A DNA stretch of 17,908 nt from Gemmatimonadales bacterium (lineage in GTDB: Bacteria > Gemmatimonadota > Gemmatimonadetes > Gemmatimonadales > GWC2-71-9), in assembly GCA_039794085.1 (NCBI GenBank), contig JBDIWC010000068.1:1-17908 (forward strand). The letters are read 5' to 3'. Made by a program: the position numbers and the translations under genes. The notes beneath the pieces are model-generated. The model saw only the letters and a program-made list of their open reading frames with translations, made no database searches and had not been told where the DNA came from. Positions within the stretch are counted from its first letter, which is position 1, and each line of letters opens with the position of its first letter. Below, piece after piece: positions 15,184 through 17,908 of this stretch.

Positions 15184-16092
15184 TCACAGGATCCGCAGGC
15201 CGAATGCGCTGGTCACCAGGCCCACGGCGAGTTCCGCCGTCCGGTTGTGGGCGTCCAGCACCGGGTTGATCTCCACGATGTCCATCGACACCAGCTTCTG
15301 GGAATCGGCGATCAACTCCATCGCCAGGTGCCCCTCACGGTACGTGGCCCCTCCCCGAACCGGGGTTCCGACCCCGGGCGCCTCCCCCGGGTCGATCCAG
15401 TCGGCATCACAGGACACATGGATCCCGCCCGTGTCACGGCCGGCGATCGCGAGGGCGTCGGTCATCACCGCCTTGAGCCCCCGCTCGTCGATCTCGCGCA
15501 TGGTGAAGGTGCGGGCGCCGAACTCGCGGATGTGCTGACGCTCGGCGGGATCGAGATCCCGGACCCCGACCAGTGCCACGTTCTCGGAGCGGACCGCCGG
15601 GTAGACCGAGGCGAGGCGCGCCATGCGGGGGTCGCCGTGGCCGAGCAGATGGGCTACCGGCATGCCGTGGATGTTGCCGCTCAGGGAGCTCTCCGGCGTG
15701 TTAAGATCGCCGTGGGCATCGAGCCAGATGAGGCCAAGCCGCTGGTCCCGCTCGGCGAGGGCGGTGGCGACCCCGGCCACGGAGCCGGCCCCGATCGAGT
15801 GGTCCCCGCCGAGCACCAGGGGAGAGCACCCGTCGCGGATGGCGGTGGCGGTGGCCTCGGAGAGGAGGCGGCACGCCTCGACGATGACGGGGAGGAGGTC
15901 GAGGCCCTCGGGGCCCTCAGGGATGGCGTCGCGGTCGGGGATCGGGATGTTGCCGATGTCCTCGACGTCGTGTCCGATCTGGCGGAGACAGCGGCCGAGC
16001 TGGGCGATGCGGAGCGCGGAGGGCCCCATGTCGACGCCGCGGCGGCTGGCGCCGAGATCGAGGGGGACACCGATGAGTCGAATGCGGGTCAT
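15184..16092 (-). CDS. rocF: arginase
   Basis: GVPLDLGASRRGVDMGP, LGGDHS, WLDAHGDLNTPESSLSGNIHGMP, APGVGTPVRGG, VEINP. Start moved to ATG 16092. Confidence 0.95.
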   Translation of the reverse strand: MTRIRLIGVPLDLGASRRGVDMGPSALRIAQLGRCLRQIGHDVEDIGNIPIPDRDAIPEGPEGLDLLPVIVEACRLLSEATATAIRDGCSPLVLGGDHSIGAGSVAGVATALAERDQRLGLIWLDAHGDLNTPESSLSGNIHGMPVAHLLGHGDPRMARLASVYPAVRSENVALVGVRDLDPAERQHIREFGARTFTMREIDERGLKAVMTDALAIAGRDTGGIHVSCDADWIDPGEAPGVGTPVRGGATYREGHLAMELIADSQKLVSMDIVEINPVLDAHNRTAELAVGLVTSAFGLRIL

Positions 16093-16104
16093 GGAGGCAC
16101 CGGA

Positions 16105-16195
16105 ACAATGGACAATGAACAATCGCCAATGAACAATCGCCAACGAACAATCACCAATGAACAATCACCAATGAACAATCACCAATGAACACTGA
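16105..16195. repeat. heptamer/14-mer tandem array (CCAATGA-ACAATCR), 13 heptamers
   Basis: Direct reading, immediately upstream of the arginase start. Confidence 0.9.
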
Positions 16196-16235
16196 ACGAG
16201 GAGGAATGAATAGCCCGATGGGTCCACAATGGCCT

Positions 16236-16314
16236 GTCATTCCCGCGCACGCGGGAATCCATCTTCCTCCTCGGTCCCTCATTTTGCATAGAAGCCCGGT
16301 TTCGCGAGGATGAC
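16236..16314. repeat. REP-like pair: GTCATTCCCGCGCACGCGGGAATCCAT plus a degenerate inverted partner ending GGATGAC
   Basis: ATTCCCGC/GCGGGAAT palindrome 16239-16258; partner 16289-16314. Confidence 0.7.
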
Positions 16315-16376
16315 GATTGATCGGGGATTCCTCAGGCACTGGAGGAGCACCGATCGGATTTGAGTATATCAGTTAC

Positions 16377-16404
16377 TTGACAATGGGGGGGGGTAACGTA
16401 GCGT
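16377..16404 (+). promoter_or_regulatory. sigma70-type promoter with a G9 tract in the spacer
   Basis: Perfect TTGACA 16377-16382, 16-nt spacer containing G9 (16385-16393), TAGCGT 16399-16404. Confidence 0.55.
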
Positions 16405-16517
16405 CGAGATGCCGCCGGTCCCTGCTGGGAGTGCGGCAGGTATCACCCGGGGACAGGCGGGTGGGGCGGTGCCGGTGCACCGGACCCCGGAGGACGGTAC
16501 TTTGCGAGGAGGGGACC

Positions 16518-17908
16518 ATGCAGGGATGGAGCGAGGGTACGGGCAGGTTGGTGGGTGCGTCGGGTGCGGCGCACTCGAACCGGCAGGACGGCCCATCGGG
16601 CCGAGGAGGGATCATGATCATGTCGGTGGCGGCCTGCCTGCTGGCGGGCTGCGGGGACCCGGTGGCCCCGTTGCAGGCGGGACAGGTGGGGGCGCCGGGG
16701 GTGGTGCAGGCGAGCGTCGCGGAGACCCCGTACGAGTGCCGGGAGGTGACGTTCACGATCACGGGACCGGAGACGGTGGTGGGGCAGTGGCCCGATTCGA
16801 CCTGCCAGCAAGGGATCAAGGTGATCCCGGGGGCACCGATGGAGTGGCAGGAGGAGGGGGGCCGGCGGCTCCGGATGATCGTGCGGTACGTGAACCTGAC
16901 GGGGGTGGCGGTGGGGTTGCCGCTGGACGTGATGCTGCCGGTGGGAAGCAAGTTCCCGTTGGATCCGCCGACAGCGGCGCACAGCACCATGGTGCCGCTG
17001 GAGTTCGACAGTCTGGGGATCAACGGGCGGACCTGGTGGATCCTGGCGGGCCCGGCGGGGGTGCTGGGAGTGGGGGACACGAGCCGGGTGGACACGCTGC
17101 TGTTCCAGATCAAGTCGCCGGTGCTGAGCGCCCGGTTCCGGTTCAACCATTACCCCGTGGAGGCGGCGATAGGCGACACGAGTCGGCCTGCGGCACCATG
17201 GCCTGGGGTCTATCCCGAAGGGGAGCCGCTGCTGGTTGTAAATCCCGCACGGCCGTGGCTGAAGTATCGAAGAACTGTATTCCAGGTATTCTTCGACGAT
17301 ACGACGTCCGGTCTCGGTGTCAGGGACTTCATGACCAGATTCTCGGCCCGGATCATCGGGCGGTTCACGGAGCAGCCTGCCGTTACGGATCAATACCTAA
17401 TCGAAATCCCGGATCCGGGTATAGAGTGGGCGCAGGTTGATTCGCTTGGCACCACGATGAGGGCATTCCCAGGCGTTCGTTTTGCCGGGCCATCGGGGTT
17501 TGGCAGTCGAATGCGGTTCAGATCGCGGTTTCCTATTGACTCCGGAGTGTCGGAGACCCGGGCGGTCTGGTTTTCCGATGATGCGCGGACCTGGCCTTGG
17601 AGAGCGGTTCGGGCTCCGCTGGCCTGGGCGTGCGAGAACGGAATGTACGGTACAACCCAGGCCAGAATCGCGGTGATCGACGCACTGTTCTCGGCCAACC
17701 GCATTCCACAGGATCTCTTGCCCTCCCTTGGGCAAGGAAGTGTGGTGACGGAATTCACCGGTGTGCCGTATCGTCTGGATTTGAACCCGGATCCTGCAAT
17801 GGAGGGATCTGAGATAGATGCGAAACACCGTCTGCGGCCTTATTTTGTGCGGACTTCTTCGCGGAAGTATCCTCACAAAACGGAGGCACCCAGACGGTGC
17901 GATCACAT
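16518..17908 (+). CDS. lipoprotein, probable S8 subtilase precursor (partial, runs off the window)
   Basis: Own translation finds no stop from ATG 16518 (alternatives 16614/16620, each after GAGGAGGG) to the end. Lipobox LAGC 16641-16652; …RFPID…WPWRAVRAPLAW…RIAVID (17667-17681) resembles the subtilase mature N-terminus and catalytic Asp motif. Confidence 0.7.
   Translation, partial: MQGWSEGTGRLVGASGAAHSNRQDGPSGRGGIMIMSVAACLLAGCGDPVAPLQAGQVGAPGVVQASVAETPYECREVTFTITGPETVVGQWPDSTCQQGIKVIPGAPMEWQEEGGRRLRMIVRYVNLTGVAVGLPLDVMLPVGSKFPLDPPTAAHSTMVPLEFDSLGINGRTWWILAGPAGVLGVGDTSRVDTLLFQIKSPVLSARFRFNHYPVEAAIGDTSRPAAPWPGVYPEGEPLLVVNPARPWLKYRRTVFQVFFDDTTSGLGVRDFMTRFSARIIGRFTEQPAVTDQYLIEIPDPGIEWAQVDSLGTTMRAFPGVRFAGPSGFGSRMRFRSRFPIDSGVSETRAVWFSDDARTWPWRAVRAPLAWACENGMYGTTQARIAVIDALFSANRIPQDLLPSLGQGSVVTEFTGVPYRLDLNPDPAMEGSEIDAKHRLRPYFVRTSSRKYPHKTEAPRRCDH

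Noticed and set aside
15395..15420. Arginase SCDAD variant of the SxDxD motif
   Set aside because: Both metal-binding Asp residues are retained; ordinary variation.
16105..16195. Repeat arrays as CRISPR
   Set aside because: Units are 7-14 nt, contiguous, with no unique spacers and no cas genes.
16373..17906. Track ORFs 16373-17146(-), 16409-17440(+), 16443-17393(-), 17397-17906(-)
   Set aside because: Alternative frames of the unlisted + strand lipoprotein ORF, which has the RBS, lipobox and protease motif.

Overview
GC-rich bacterial chromosomal window; gene content and style suggest Gemmatimonadota, but that is inference only. Genes in order: a small Fis-HTH protein coupled to a YceI protein, an orphan GspH/FimT-type pseudopilin, and a MerR-like regulator followed by lemA-htpX. 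Next is a minus-strand run of zinc-ribbon membrane protein, mqnD, REC-HD-GYP, REC-HisKA-pseudoREC and mscL. After that come a small hypothetical protein with an Omp85/BamA-TamA-family gene, an S9 peptidase, an ankyrin protein, arginase, and a lipoprotein subtilase-like ORF that runs off the right edge and is absent from the ORF track. The most interesting part is the first kilobase, which has no credible protein gene after position 45. It contains a sigma70-type promoter (450-477), a ~415-nt tract that folds by eye into about ten nested helices (482-859) and a strong intrinsic terminator (857-900), suggesting a large ncRNA I cannot assign to a known family. Upstream are a cluster of DnaA-box-like 9-mers and a second rod-like inverted repeat (58-198). 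Intergenic spaces carry several unrelated heptamer-periodic arrays and two kinds of REP-like palindromes. All structure calls were made by eye, without folding or database searches.
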